Source of the DNA: Callorhinchus milii
Taxonomy: Eukaryota
Direction of reading: 5' to 3'
DNA: 64,000 nt
Assembly: GCF_018977255.1 (NCBI RefSeq)
Contig: NW_024704743.1
Span: 63,180,001 to 63,244,000, forward strand
Each line of letters begins with the position of its first letter. Positions within the stretch are counted from its first letter, which is position 1. Shown here in pieces: positions 1-12,908 of the stretch. The notes beneath the pieces are model-generated. The model saw only the letters and a list, made by a program, of their open reading frames with translations. It did no database searches and was not told where the DNA came from. A program made the position numbers and the translations under genes.

Positions 1-1206
1 TTTGCCCGTCTTCAGATGGCAAATGAAGACCTTCCTCTCCAACCATGCCTACGGTCACCTTCCCTTTCTCCCAGGGTCGCTATCAAGCTCCACCATTGTT
101 AAACGCTCCAAGACAATATCCTGCATGTGTCAAATTGGACATCATATGCCTTGGCATTTTGGGAACAAGGATCTTTCCTAACTTTTACCTTCCTCCCACT
201 TGCCGATAATTCACCTGCACAGGAAATTCCTGCCTGGGATAGTCAGCCAAATGTATACTCTCACAGCAGTGCACAAATCTATGGGGTACAATTAGAGTAA
301 CACACTGCAGATGCTCTGCTCATGTCCCAGTCAGTGACTGGCTGTGGTGCTGACTTCATTCACCTTGAGTTGCAGCTGCTGAGCTGGTCTGCAATGCCTT
401 GAACCAGTTGTCATATGGATCTCAGTGAGGTGCCAAATGCAACAACCCACAGAGCAAACACACAAAGCTTTAGTCTTTCAGATATATTCATTTTTAAGAT
501 TTTGTTTTTTAATGAAATGACCATTCTCTGGATGAGTGAAAGGGTCAGATTTCAGATACATTTGCATAAGTCGAAACTTACAATCATGAGCTCTCATGAG
601 CTCTTTCACCCCAAGAGTGCACTGGCTTTAACATCATGGCTAAGTCACACAGTATGTGAAGACAGAAATGTCACCGTAACTTGCAATAACTGTGTTTAAA
701 CAACAAAGCAAACCTAATGGAAAACCAGGCCTGAGCAGTATGGTTTTGGTGGCACAGTCTCTATTGTGGAAAAATAGCATTAAAATTTCATAAAGGTAAG
801 AGATAGCCTTTGCTGTAAATAAAAATGTTTAAAGTTTAAATGAAAGCCACTCTGCTGCCCCCAAACACAGTGCACAGACAAGGCAAAGAGAAGAGAGAAT
901 AAATATTAACCTCTTCCTGAATTTTCACCTCGAGGCAGAAGCTTCTTTAGAGAAAGGGGAAAGCAAAATTGGGAACAAAAGCTTTTTTTAAAGAAAGTTG
1001 TAACAGACATTTGTGGGAAAGTCAGGAATGTGGCAGGCACGGAAATTGTTTGCTGTGTTTACGTTTGCATTTGCACTTTGTGAGAACTCTTAAGAAGCAG
1101 GGTTTTCAGCCTGTTCTGCAGTGTGTTACAGATAAGGAAGAGGAAGAGAAACCAACCAAGGCACAGACCCCAAACCTCCAGCTCATGACAAAAACTCTAA
1201 AAATAA

Positions 1207-1639
1207 TTTATTTGGGTATTTTGATATTAAGCAAGACTTAACAGAGCTGAGGGTTATGTGCGCAACACACGTGCATTCAATCTCAATCAAACTCAGTTCT
1301 TCACAAAGTTTCTCCATAAACTGCTTACATTGAATTCAGTGAGGTTTAGTTTCTAATCCTGAATGAGTCAGAGTGGTTTAGTTAACTGGCTTCTAGCCAA
1401 GTGTCTTTGGGCTCTTGGATGAGGTACAGAGTGAGGGACCTACCACAGTTAAATACTGCTTCAGCTTAAAGGGCTGTGCCCACAATGGTTCAAGTGTCCA
1501 GCATGGACCTCTAACCGCATAGGGTGAGTCCTAGTCCAGGGGCTGTCTGTCATTCAAAGCTTTCGTGTGTACGTATTACTAACTTGTGGTTGGATCACTA
1601 CAGCCTGAGGATCACTTGTGGGAGAAAGTAACATTTATT
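1207..1639 (-). terminator. Candidate GLIPR2 polyadenylation signals (AATAAA at 1634-1639 and 1207-1212)
   Basis: TTTATT on plus at both sites, 1.0 and 1.4 kb past the stop; the 1207 site is followed on minus by a U/GU-rich tract. No transcript evidence. Confidence 0.3.
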
Positions 1640-2641
1640 GTTCGGGGGGAGGGAGGGGAATTAAAAAGAGAACAATGTGCATTATCCACCTCATATTGCA
1701 TGCTGGTCATTCCCGGACAGAGAAATTCCTGCAGCAGACTGTCCCATTCACAGTGAAAGGAGGATAGTCAGTGCTACTCAGTCATTCAAGGAAGAGAAAC
1801 AAGATCCAATGAAGAGAAACATCCATCTAGGGAAACAATTTTTTTTAAAAAGACACAGGACCACACCCACATAACACTGAAGGATGAGCGTGAAGAGTTT
1901 TGATGCTTGTCTGTGTTTCTATCCATCACATAGCAAGACTTTCTCAGTTTTACTGCACCTTCGGGGGTCTGTTCTAAAGTTCTGCTGGCCCTGTCATCTT
2001 TCCTCACACAAGCCTTCTCACTCTCCCATCAGGAACAATGAACGAGGGGTGAGGGGACCAGGATTGACTCTGCCATTACCAGCCTCCTCTGCTCACTCTA
2101 CCTTACAACAGGAGAAAATGACCATTCCATCCCTCATCAGGCAGTTTACAAACCAGGCTGCAGGAAGACCAAAAATGTGTATTACCGGGAAAATAACCTG
2201 CTGAATTTAAAAGACAGAAATAAATCAGTGTGAATAAAGACTACCCTGTCGTGGCAGGCAGGGCTTCTGGAACAGACTGTGGGATGGGAGGCCACCGTGC
2301 TTGAACAAGCTCCTATACTGCTATTGCTCAAGAGGTTGAGTTAACACAGGGTTACCTTTGGCATTCTGGGTGCTGAGAAGCTGCAAGTCTCCTACATTGT
2401 TCCTAATGGGAGTCAGGTGATTTTTGGTTACATCTGCAAGTGGCTTGCTATGTTGGCACTATCAATAATAACAGAATAAAACACAGGCGCACACGGAGCT
2501 GAAGTGTTGGGACTTTCTCCAGCATCATATGAGCAGGTCTAGCAGTTCGGAGCCAAGTCACTGGATGAGAATCCTCAATGTCCAAATTCATTTCCTTCAG
2601 ATTTCCCTGTTTCATACAGTCTGTTTTTGACATTCACAATT

Positions 2642-2802
2642 TTACTTTTTTGGAGGCAAAACGTTTTCCTCAAAATATCCCTGGTTTGTGATGTTGCCGG
2701 CTGGGAAATATCTGGCCACGACAAACGTGGAGCCGTCTGAGGCTGTGGCTTTCCCAACTCCCATCTTTTTGGTGTTTTTCCAGACCATTGCTGTGAAGTG
2801 AC
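2642..2802 (-). CDS. GLIPR2: GLIPR2 coding exon 5 (last): [52 protein letters not shown]
   Basis: Acceptor tgttattccctctcacag|; GHFTAMVW and YFPAGN CAP motifs; TAA at 2642-2644. Exons sum to 13+109+104+78+161=465 nt = 154 aa. Confidence 0.97.
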
Positions 2803-3729
2803 CTGTGAGAGGGAATAACAAGAGCAAGAGTTAATGAGTGCTGGTGTTTCGGAGGAGGAGGATTACTATTAGTTAACTTAACAGCCCCAGCCTCTGTAAT
2901 TAGCAAACCAAACACGGGTAGTGCACACGCTGACACAAACAAGATTTAGTCTCAGTCAATGTATGAAGCTTTAATTTCACAATCTATTGAGATGCTTAAA
3001 AGAAAGTACAAATTCCATTCCAACAATCTATCTCTGGGATTTCCATGTGTAGTTGGGATGCATGGAATTCTCAGCTTGGTCTGGATACTCTTAAGCATGG
3101 TGATGGGTTTCTGCATGTGTCAGGCTGACCAAAAAAAAAATCTATTAAAATTGCCTCAATAAGCTGAATGGCTCCTGTTCCTGTTTCTAAACTATGTGAC
3201 CATTGCTCACATCCCATTCCCGAAATATCCATCCAAAGTGATCACATCTGGAATAACATAAGCTCAGATATATCTGAAACACATACAACAACTCTCTCCC
3301 AACACCCCCCCTCCACCACCCCCCGATCTTTAAAACATATCACTTCAGTGAAACAAACCTCAATGAAGGTTTGAAAACAAAACCCAATAACATAGCTAAT
3401 AAAACAATGGTCCTCACACTGAGCCTCTCCCTCTGGGGGGAGAGCAGCACAAGAGGACAGGGCTTTTGTTCTGGATTTCCCAGGAGCAGAGGCTTCCCTC
3501 AGACAGGAGTCCCTGAGTCCATTCCTCTCTCACACACACCTGGAACCTAACACTCTGGGTACCAGGCATTGTCACACAGCTGTAGTTAGAAGGGTCACAG
3601 GAGTCGTGTCACTCAGATCAGTCTGAGCTCAGCCTTGTCTTGGAAGGCTGATGAGGGATCAGCCGGTGTAACTTGTAAATTCTCTTTAATGTTGATTCCT
3701 ATTTTTCATTTGTGTTTCATTTTAAATTA

Positions 3730-4025
3730 GCAGTGTTGATTCAATCTCTACAGCTTTCTGGGGCAGAGCATTCCACATCTTCACAACCCTCTGTGTGAAC
3801 AAATGCTCCCTGACCTCAGTTCCAAATATCTTAGTTCTGACTTAAGGCTATGCCCCCATGTAAAGGAATCCCTCTACCAGCAGAAGAGTCGTCCACAATC
3901 TAACCTGTCATGTAAATTCCTTTTGTTACCCCTTGCAAATCACCCTCTTAAACTCCTCTGCTCTAAGGTATAAAACCCCAGTCTACCTCACCTCCCATTA
4001 TAACTAAGATCCTTCAGCACAAGTA
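3730..4025 (-). mobile_element. CR1 LINE 3' ORF2 fragment, degraded
   Basis: ggcagagcattccacatcttcacaaccctctgtgtgaa is the antisense of the CR1 FTQRVVxxWNALP motif. Confidence 0.7.
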
Positions 4026-4027
4026 TT

Positions 4028-5313
4028 ACAACAACAACAACAAAATTACAATTGTATTGCGCCTTTCACATCGGGAGGATATCCCAAAGCGCTGGACAGA
4101 CAGAGTTACGGACCCGAGCTGGGGGTCAGGGTCAGGAAGGGTGGAGGGCAGGGGGGGGAAGCAGGGAGATCAAAAGCACGGTCGAAGAGGAAGGCCTTGA
4201 GATGGATCTTGAAGGTGGCGAGGGAGGGGGCAAGGCGGAGGGACTGCGGGATGGAGTTCCAGAGGGTGGGGGCAGAGTGGCAGGAAGCCTTCACACTAAT
4301 AGTGGGGCGAGCAAGGCGGGAAACACGAAGCAGGCCAGAGCCCGCTGAGCGGAGGGAGTGAGCAGGATGGTAGGAGGACGCAGAGGTAGGGGGGAGCAAG
4401 GCCATGGAGGGCTTTGAAGGTGAGGACCAGGATCTTGAACTGTATCCTCTGTGTGATGGGAAGCCAGTGGAGTTGGTCAAGGATGGGGTTGATAAGGTCG
4501 CAGAGTCTAGTGCGGGAGAGGACATGGGTTCCAGAGCTCTGGATGATCTGCAGCCTGTGGAGGGAGGAGTTGGGGAAGCCGACAAGCAGCAAGTTTGCAT
4601 AGTTAAGCCTTGATGTAATGAAGGCATGTATGAGGGTTTCGGTAGCCTGCGGTGTGAGACAGTGTCAGAGCCGGGTGACATTACGGTGGGGGGTGGCAGA
4701 GCGGATCCTGCCGCTGATTTGGGGTAAAAAGGATAGTTGAGGGTCAAACAAGATCCCAAGGTTCTGGACTGGCTTAGTGAGGTGTAGTGTGCAGCCATGG
4801 ATGGTGATGCTGTCAGCGCCTGAGGTGTGGAGATGCTGACGGGAGCCAATCAGGAGAGCCTCGGTCTTGTTGATGTTCAACTGTAGAAAGTTAGCTCTCA
4901 TCCAGGACTTGATGTCTGACAGACATTCTGTCAGTACAGCAGTGGTCCTGGAGTCAAGGGTGGAGGCAGAGAGGTATAGTTGGGTAATGTGCAAGTTGAC
5001 CCCATGTCTGCGGATGATGTCACCAAGAGGGAGCATATAGATGTTGAAGAGGAGGGGACCACGGACAGAGCCCTGAGGAACGCCGCACGAGACGGTGTGG
5101 GGCTAGAGGAGAAGCCGTTTGTGGAGATGAAGTGGAGGCGGTGTGAGAGGTACAATCTGAACCAGTCAAGGGCAGAGCCATGAAGGTTGAGGTGAGAGGA
5201 GAGGTGGTGGATGAGGATGGAGTGGCCGACGGTGTCGAACGCAGCAGAGAGGTCAAGGAGGACAAGGAGGCAGAGGGAGCTCTGGCCGCAGATGGACAGA
5301 ATGTCATTTGTCA
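4028..5313 (-). mobile_element. L2 LINE, 5'-truncated, frameshifted RT and 3' end
   Basis: ORF pieces LLVLLDLSAAFDTVGH, DIKSWMRANFLQLNINKTE, LHWLPITQRIQFKIL, APTLWNSIP; ends in the 3' stem-loop and (TTG)n tail. Confidence 0.92.
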
Positions 5314-5723
5314 CTTCTACCCGGCTGTTTCTGTTCACTATTATTCTAGTGAACCATCATGGCCTCTTTCCAAAGATACCCTTCCTATGATTGGGTGCCC
5401 AAATTTGTACAGTTCTCCAAATGAGGTCTGACGAGAGCTCTATTCACCTGGAGAAGCACCTCCTTATGCCAGCGGCACCCGATTTGCTTTTGTTGTGACA
5501 TTCGCAAATTGATTTGTTGAGTTCTAGTTTGCCAAATTTATGGCTGGAGAATTAGGATTCCTAATTTGTCAAAGTATGAAGAAATGTCAGCTTGAGGGAA
5601 ACTGGCAGGAAGCCACCTTTTTTCTGAAGCTTGATTACAGCTTGCCAGATGTGATCGTGCAGTTGCGAAACTGGAAGTTGCAACATGTTGCTTGTTAAAC
5701 ATTTTGCCACGTCAGCATTTATA

Positions 5724-6017
5724 AAATAATAATAATCCTTGCATTTCATATGTTGCTTTTCACGTCTTCTAGACATCTCAAAGCGCTTCACAGAATATAC
5801 TGTAAAGTGAATTGACTGTATATTTGTGGGCGAAACGCGGCAGCCAATTGCGCACAGCAGTGTTCCACAAACAGTCGTGGATCGAAGTGACCCATTTCTT
5901 TTTTTTCTTGAAGGATTATTATCAGGCGTGTGGAGTAAGGAAACTTGCCCCAGTGCCCTGCCGGGAATTGAACCGAGGCAAGTGCTCAACTACTGAACTA
6001 CAGGACTACAGGACTCC
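5724..6017 (-). mobile_element. Young tRNA-derived SINE (partial Deu domain, L2-type tail), TAGAA-loop type
   Basis: A/B-box head with internal deletion, gctgtgcgcaattggctgccgcgtt core, (ATT)n tail. Confidence 0.9.
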
Positions 6018-6654
6018 ATTTATGTGCAAACTACTCCAATCATAGAATTTTATGACAGCAATAATATTCATGTTCTGCAGTATGCAGGGAGTTAGCTGGT
6101 CTCAGCCAGGGCTACTGATATACTGCATGTGCAGCAGAAGGGCCACTCTGACAGAGAACAAGGACAACCAAGCACCAAATCTAACCTTCATTCAAGAATT
6201 TTCCCAAATTCTGGATGTTCTTAATTTTTAAGATAACTTTCGTGAGGTGATGACAATGAGAATTTTTGGACCACTTTTTTTTAATCTTCTTTTAAAAAGC
6301 ATAAGAATAATCCTTGTATTTGACTGCACAAGAAGCCTTGTGACAACCTCCAGGAGTGAGTTAGCAAAATACTGTAACTTTTCAGCTGCTATATTAGCAA
6401 TTAGCTGCGAGGCTTATGTGACGAGAAAAGGACGGGATCCCTGGCTGATTTTCTCCTCCCAGCTCACCCTGCTGTGGCTGAGATCAACTAATTCACTGCA
6501 ATCTAACCATTCACCATTTATATTTATTTACAAAAGGCAGACAGGTGTGCTGTAACTGAAATGGAGGGAAAAGTCACATCAGTATTTTTATAATGTGGGT
6601 ATTTTTGTATAAGCAATGGAACAATAAAGAACGAAAACACTTCTCTACCTCTCC

Positions 6655-6930
6655 AGTCTGCTCTCACACCTCACTCCTCTTCTGCACATCCCTCATCCCC
6701 CTCTACAACTGGCAGCCATGCTTTCAGCCTTTATGCCACAAAACTGGAACACTCTGCCTCAATCCCTCTACCTTGCCTCCACTTTTCCCATCATCAGATC
6801 ACATGTGAAGACTTTGCTCTTTGATCGTGTCTACAGTCAACTCCCCCCTCTCCTCAGCTTGGCATCAAACTGTGCCACTGTGCAGCACTCCATGTGGAGG
6901 GTACTATATAAATGCAAGTTGTTGTTGTTG
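6655..6930 (+). mobile_element. L2 3' fragment
   Basis: AF...PQNWNTLP-like motif followed by tataaatgcaagttgttgttg. Confidence 0.75.
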
Positions 6931-7373
6931 AAAAAGTATGCTGGCAAATGCAGAAAAACTCTAAAAGGCCATAAGCAGAAACTGAAGAACCGAGGTGGAT
7001 ATTTTACTCAGGGACCTATTGCTGTTGATGTTTTTGGCTTCTAAAATGAGACGTTGCTTAATTGTATCTGAGTCACGTCAAATTCCTCTCCTTTCTCCCC
7101 CCTCCCCCCACATCTGGCTTATGAGCCACTGTGCAGAGAGGTTGTGTAACTCGTGCTGGCTGAGAGGGGTACTTATGGCACTGGGCCTAAGTGGAACTAG
7201 CAAATGCAGAGATGGAATTCTTTAATATACTTCTGGAGAAAGCATCTTGTTATTCAATTGTTAACACATTCCCACATCCGAACTTTGTCATGTCGTAAAC
7301 CCTGTCACACATGAGTCATGAGACACACAGAGAGTTGTGAGACAATCAGAGACACAGACAGACAGTGAGCTGT

Positions 7374-7374
7374 G

Positions 7375-7453
<79 letters not shown>
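7374..7453 (+). repeat. (GACA)n microsatellite
   Basis: Direct inspection. Confidence 0.97.
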
Positions 7454-7455
<2 letters not shown>

Positions 7456-7482
7456 TGAGGCAGATAGAGAGCTGTGGGATAG

Positions 7483-7830
7483 ACAACAACAAATTACATT
7501 TATATAGCACCCGGCACGTCGGTAGGACGTCCCAAGGTGCTGGACAGTTGAGGGTTTGCATCCAAGGCGGGGTTTGGGTTCAGGAGGGAGGGGACCAAGG
7601 GCGTGGTGGTGATGGGAAGATATCCAAAGGCACGGTCAAAGAGGAAGCTTTTGAAGGAGGCAAGGACAAGGCGAATGGATGTTCCAGAAGGTGGGGCAGA
7701 ATGGCTTAAATCCTTACCGCTGATGTTGGGCCGGGTAGAGTGGGGTAGGGGGGGACGGAAGTTGGTAGAGTTTAAGAGGGTCACAAAAGCAGAGTGCGAA
7801 GGCTTTTAAAATTAGGACAAGGATCTTGAA
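7483..7830 (-). mobile_element. L2 3' fragment
   Basis: FKSFLFDRAF motif; L2 stem-loop and (TTG)n tail. Confidence 0.75.
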
Positions 7831-8084
7831 CTCACGAGGTGTAGGCATTGTCATATACGAGCATCGGACATTTCGACACGAGTCTTCAAATCTACATGTA
7901 CACTTTCCAGGCCAGCTTTATGTGATCAGGACACCTGGGGGTATGAGGTGAACTGCAAACACCCCACTGCCATCCCATCAGGTATCAGCCACCTAACCCC
8001 AGACCACAGATCAAACCTGCGCCCTTCATTGCCACCAACACTCCACACCACTCCACATGCCAACACTCCACACCACTCCATTGT

Positions 8085-8388
8085 TATAATAATAATCCTT
8101 GCATTTGATATATCGCTTTTCAGGTGTTCTCAACGTCTCAAAGCTCTTCACAGAATAGACTGTAAAGTGAATTGACTGTATATTTGTGGGTGAAACGCAG
8201 CAGCCAATTGTGCACACCAGTGTCCCACCAACAGTCGTGGATTGAAATGACCAATTTATTATTTTTTTCTTGAGGGATTATTATCAGGTGTGTGGAGTAA
8301 GGAAACTTGCCCAAGGTTTCACCCTGCCGGGAATCGAACCCAGATCTCTTGCTTGCAAAGTGAGTGCTCTAACCACTGAGCTACAGGA
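8085..8388 (-). mobile_element. Young tRNA-derived SINE inserted in a minisatellite
   Basis: Full head, core and tail of the same family. Confidence 0.9.
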
Positions 8389-8389
8389 T

Positions 8390-8795
8390 ATTGCCACTAC
8401 TCCACACAACTCCACATTGCCAACACGCCACATTGCCAACACTCCACACAACTCCACATTGCCACTACTCCACACAACTCCACATTGCCAATACTCCACA
8501 TTGCCAACACTCCACACCACTCCACATTGCCGCCACTCCACATTGCCGCCACTCCACATTGCCGCCACTCCACATTGCCAACACTCCACACCACTCCACA
8601 TTGCCGCCACTCCACATTGCCGCCACTCCACATTGCCGCCACTCCACATTGCCAACACGCCTCATTGCCACTACTCCACATTGCCGCCACTCCACATTGT
8701 CAACACTCCTCATTGCCACTACTCCACATTGCCGCCACTCCACACCACTCCACATTGCTACCACTCTACACCACAATCCACATTGCCAACACTCT
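8390..8795 (+). repeat. Minisatellite of mixed 16-bp (CACTCCACATTGCCGC) and 10-bp (CACTCCACAC) units
   Basis: Direct inspection; it accounts for the repetitive ORFs at 8270-8852. A short arm lies at 8028-8082. Confidence 0.95.
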
Positions 8796-9679
8796 TTACA
8801 TTCTGAGCTTCAACACAGCTTTTCACAACATAATCTAGTCTTTTGTATTTAGAGTAAATAGCCAAATGAACCATAATAAGCAGTTAAAGGTGGAATTTTA
8901 TTTAATTCTGACATTTGATATAATACCTTTCATATCAGGAGGGCAACTCAAAGCGCATCAAATATACTGTAAAGTGTAGTGACTTATTTTGTGGAGGAAT
9001 TTGCTGCAGTCCGACATCTGCAGAAAAGGCACCCAGTAGATAAAACAAAATTGAAATTATGAGGTAATCTGGATAATCAGATTAGTCAGTGGGTGACAGG
9101 ATGTTGCCATCGTATGACTCAGGCAGAAAGATCTCTCTATGTACTCTCTCATCCGGATGTCACAGGATAGGAAAGTATGAAACACATTTAGCATCCCTTT
9201 TATTTTTCTATGGTAAACTCTCTTTTGTTGAGCAAAAACTTACATCTAATTTACTTCAATTGGCTGAAATTAGGAAAACTCTGAAATTCAGCTCTGTTGT
9301 TTCAGTACTAAATGTTTATTTGATGGAGGAGGAGGAGGAGGAGAGACAGAGACAGCAGTGAGATATGAACAGGTACAGCAGTTACAGAACATCCATCCGT
9401 TCTGTGAAGAAAGTGGTTTCCTGTGTCTTTCACCAACGTTTTTTTTTAACCGTAGACTGAACCTTCTCTTTATGGCATCACATTCAAGAGGCCCACATGG
9501 AGGTTTTAATAATATTAATAATCTTTACATTCGATATAGCGCCTTTCACTTTGGAAGGATATCTCAAAGTGCTTCATGGGATATATTGTAACGGACAAAG
9601 GTTTTATGACAAATCGGCACCTCGGTGAATTGCCCTCCCCACTTTTCAGGGAGCCAGTATGCCACTGTGTGCGATAAAA

Positions 9680-9936
9680 TTCAATTCCAGGCAGGACGAA
9701 ACCTTGCGCAAGTTTCCTTACTCCACACGTCTAATAATAATCCCTCCAAAAAACAAAAAAAAACTGGTCATTTTCAATCCATGACCGTTTGTGATACACT
9801 GCTGTGCGTAATTGGCTTCCGCATTTCGCCCACAAATATACAGTCAATTCACTTTACAGTATATTCTGTGAAGCGCTTTGAGAAGTCTAGAAGACGTAAA
9901 AAGCGCTATATCAAATGCAAGGATTATTATATTATT
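9680..9936 (+). mobile_element. Young SINE, 5'-truncated
   Basis: Starts at the B-box; same core and tail. Confidence 0.88.
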
Positions 9937-11160
9937 AAAATATTGTAGCTATCTGAGGCCGAGCAGGCTGTTGTGATATGTGGTCCAAGTTCCGAAACAG
10001 TACTTTGAGCTCACAGTCTAGGCTGACATTCCAGCGCAGCGCTGAGAGTCACAGGATTATTGGAGGGTCCATCCTTCAGATTAAATTTTACACCAAGGTC
10101 CTGACTGCCTGTTCAGTGGATATTAAAGATCCCATAAAACATTTAAAACACTAATTGAAAAGCGAAGAGATTTTCCCAGTGTCCTGGCCAACAATCACCT
10201 TAGATACAAATTCACATCATGTGTGATTCATTCACATCATTCACACATATCAATTGTCACGTTATTGAGTTACAGAAATGCCAGGCCAGGGCCAGGGCAG
10301 TCAAAAGCTCTCAAGAGGATTGGCTCATGCCAACCCTCAGCTTCTGACATGGAAACATCAGGGAGGAAGAGTTGAGCAAAGAAACCATTTGATTAGTTGA
10401 CCCAAGATACATCTCCTTGGGGTTTAGGTATGTGTAATAGTTGAGGCCCCATTTTTCCATAAAGTGTGAGTCACTCTGGACTGCAAATAGGAATTTTAAT
10501 GCAGGAAAGCAACAGGAAAGCTTGGTATGAAGATCAATCAAGATCAGAAAGAGCTGTAGAGAGTGGAATTGCATTCTATATGTACTATTCGTCATATATG
10601 GGATTAAAGACAGGGCTTTCAGCCCCTTCCATCTCCACATCTGATTATAGATTATTTGTTGTAAAAGCATTACACAATTGTTAGCAATTTACAACGAAAA
10701 TTGAAATATAAGAACGGCAAACCACAGAAACTTACAACATGGAAGAAGGTCTTTCAGCCTTCATGTCTGTTCTGGTTCTTTGAAAGAGCAATGCCTTCAG
10801 TCCCACTTACCTACCTTTTCCCCAGACCCTTTTACACGTCTAATCTAGTTCCCTATTAAAACAGAATATGGATTCTGCCTCAATCACCATACCCAGCAGC
10901 GCAGGCCTAACAACTTCCTGTGTAAAAAAAAATCCTCTGAATTTCCCCCTTTGCTAAACATCTCAAATTGATGCCCTCTAGTCACTGATTCAGCGACCAG
11001 TGCAAATCATTTCTCCTTACTGACTCCAGCATAATCCCTCATAATTTTAAAGAACATTCAACCCATCGAGTCTGTTACACTAGTTTTTTTAAACTCTTGG
11101 CATCTTTTGTCTCTGTATATGTTTGCCTTTCCCCCATATCACTGCCTTTCCACACATATC

Positions 11161-11250
11161 TAGGGTTGCCAACCCTCCAGGATTGTCCTGGAGTCTCCAT
11201 TAATTGTATTAATCTCCTGGACAATGCTGCAAGCGAACAATCATAGGGAA
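11161..11250 (+). mobile_element. One end of a probable DNA-transposon/MITE relic (TAGGGTTGCCA terminus)
   Basis: TAGGGTTGCCAAC followed by the small hairpin ctccagga..tcctggag; the partner terminus was not found. Confidence 0.4.
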
Positions 11251-11614
11251 TTCTCAAAATGAATAGTAAGATGAATCATAATTGTCCTGTTATCAGCTTT
11301 TTGTTTGTTTCATACACACCTGGCGTTCCTACAATCCAGCCGGTGTTTGAAATGTCAAGGCAACACACACTCACCCTCTTTCAACCATCTTATTGGTCTA
11401 CTGGTGCTGCAACTTGCATTATCTAACTACCATAAAGTCAGTACTATCTCACTTTACAATAGCCACCAAACATAACCCTGGCTCACGTGCAATCACAGTG
11501 TTATGCACTTGCAGAAGAAACAGAACCATTTTTCAAAATGGATGATGGTTTGCATAGTGAATTTGTTTTGGAGTAACTTAATCCTTAATGGCATTACGTA
11601 ATGTGAATGCACTC

Positions 11615-11922
11615 TAATAATAATCCTTGCATTTGATACAGTGCTTTTCACGTCTTCTAGACGTCCCAAAGCGCTTCACAGAATATACTGTAAAGTGAAT
11701 TGACTGTATATTTGTGGGCGAACGCGACAGCCAATTGCGCACAGCAATGTCCCACAAACAGTCATGGATTGAAAAGACCAATTTATTATTGTTTTGTTTT
11801 TTGGAGGGATTATTATTAGGCGTGTGGAGTAAGTGTGCCCAAGGTTTCGCCCTCTGCCTGGAATTGAACTCAGGTCTCTCACTTGCAAAGCGAGTGCTCT
11901 AACCACTGAGCTACAGGACTCC
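11615..11922 (-). mobile_element. Young SINE, full length
   Basis: ggagtcctgtagctcagtggttagagc head through the (ATT)n tail. Confidence 0.92.
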
Positions 11923-12189
11923 AATACATCTAATCAGGAGTGACATACCCCTGCCTCCCCCTCCCAATACCCCTTCATACCTCCATCACTTTCCATCAGC
12001 CTTTTTAAACATCCAAATTGATTCTACCTTTTAGGTTAGAATATTCCATGTTCTCACAACCCTATTTAAGAAGAAATTTGAGCTGACAGTTCCAAGGACA
12101 GTAGGAATGAGGGCTGGAATAACCAAGGAGTATAAATAAAGTAAGTAATGTCATGAAGAGATCTACAGCAAAACCATGATTGCTGCTCT

Positions 12190-12447
12190 GGCAGGTCTTC
12201 TGCCACCACCCTCTGGAACTCCATCCCACAGCCCTCCACCTCGCCCCCTCCCTTGCCTCCTTTAAGACCCATTCTCAAGACCCTCCTCTTCAGTCGTGCC
12301 TTCGGTCACCCTGCCCTCCTCCTTCCTCCATCCTCCCCAATCCCATCCCCCAGCTCGGATCCGAAACGCTGACTGTCCTGCACCTTGGGATGTCCTCCCG
12401 ACATAAAAGACGCTATACAAATTAAATTTTGTTGTCGCCGTTGTTGT
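12190..12447 (+). mobile_element. L2 3' fragment
   Basis: ctctggaactccatccc...gggatgtcctcccgacataaaagacgctatacaaa...ttgttg. Confidence 0.78.
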
Positions 12448-12583
12448 CTGACCAGAGACAGCACGACCAATGTTTAGAGAGGGTCTGAATGTTCAAGGGG
12501 AAATAGAAAGTGGTGGTGACTATTGCCCTGGATACCCATGCCAGATGGATGCACATTTCTGGCATTTGTAACATCAAAAGGAA

Positions 12584-12908
12584 GTAAAAGCAAAGTACTG
12601 CAGATGTTGGAAATCTGAAATAAAAACAGAAGTCGCTGGGAACACTCAGCAGGTCAGGCAGCATCTATGGAGAAAGGAAAGTGAGCCAACGTCTTGGGTC
12701 CACGACCCTTTGTCAGATATGTCCGACCCATATGTTCGACACTGAGGAAAAACTTTACTGGAGCATTTTCTTCTTTCCTTCAGCATTTCCTTGGAGCTTT
12801 TAAATTCAATTCTGACAAAGGATCGTGGACCTGAAACGTTGACTCACTTTCCTTTCTCCATAGATACTGCCTGACCTGCTGAGTGTTCCCAGCGACTTCT
12901 ATTTTTGT
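12584..12908. mobile_element. Inverted pair of Penelope-like terminal repeats with an 11-bp target-site duplication
   Basis: Arm 12584-12717 is the reverse complement of arm 12811-12908; ATCAAAAGGAA flanks both sides (12573-12583, 12909-12919). Family assignment is from recalled shark Penelope termini. Confidence 0.75.

Noticed and set aside
8270..8852. Multiple 100-180 aa repetitive ORFs, and a possible CRISPR-like array
   Set aside because: They are products of a stop-free minisatellite; there are no unique spacers and the context is eukaryotic.
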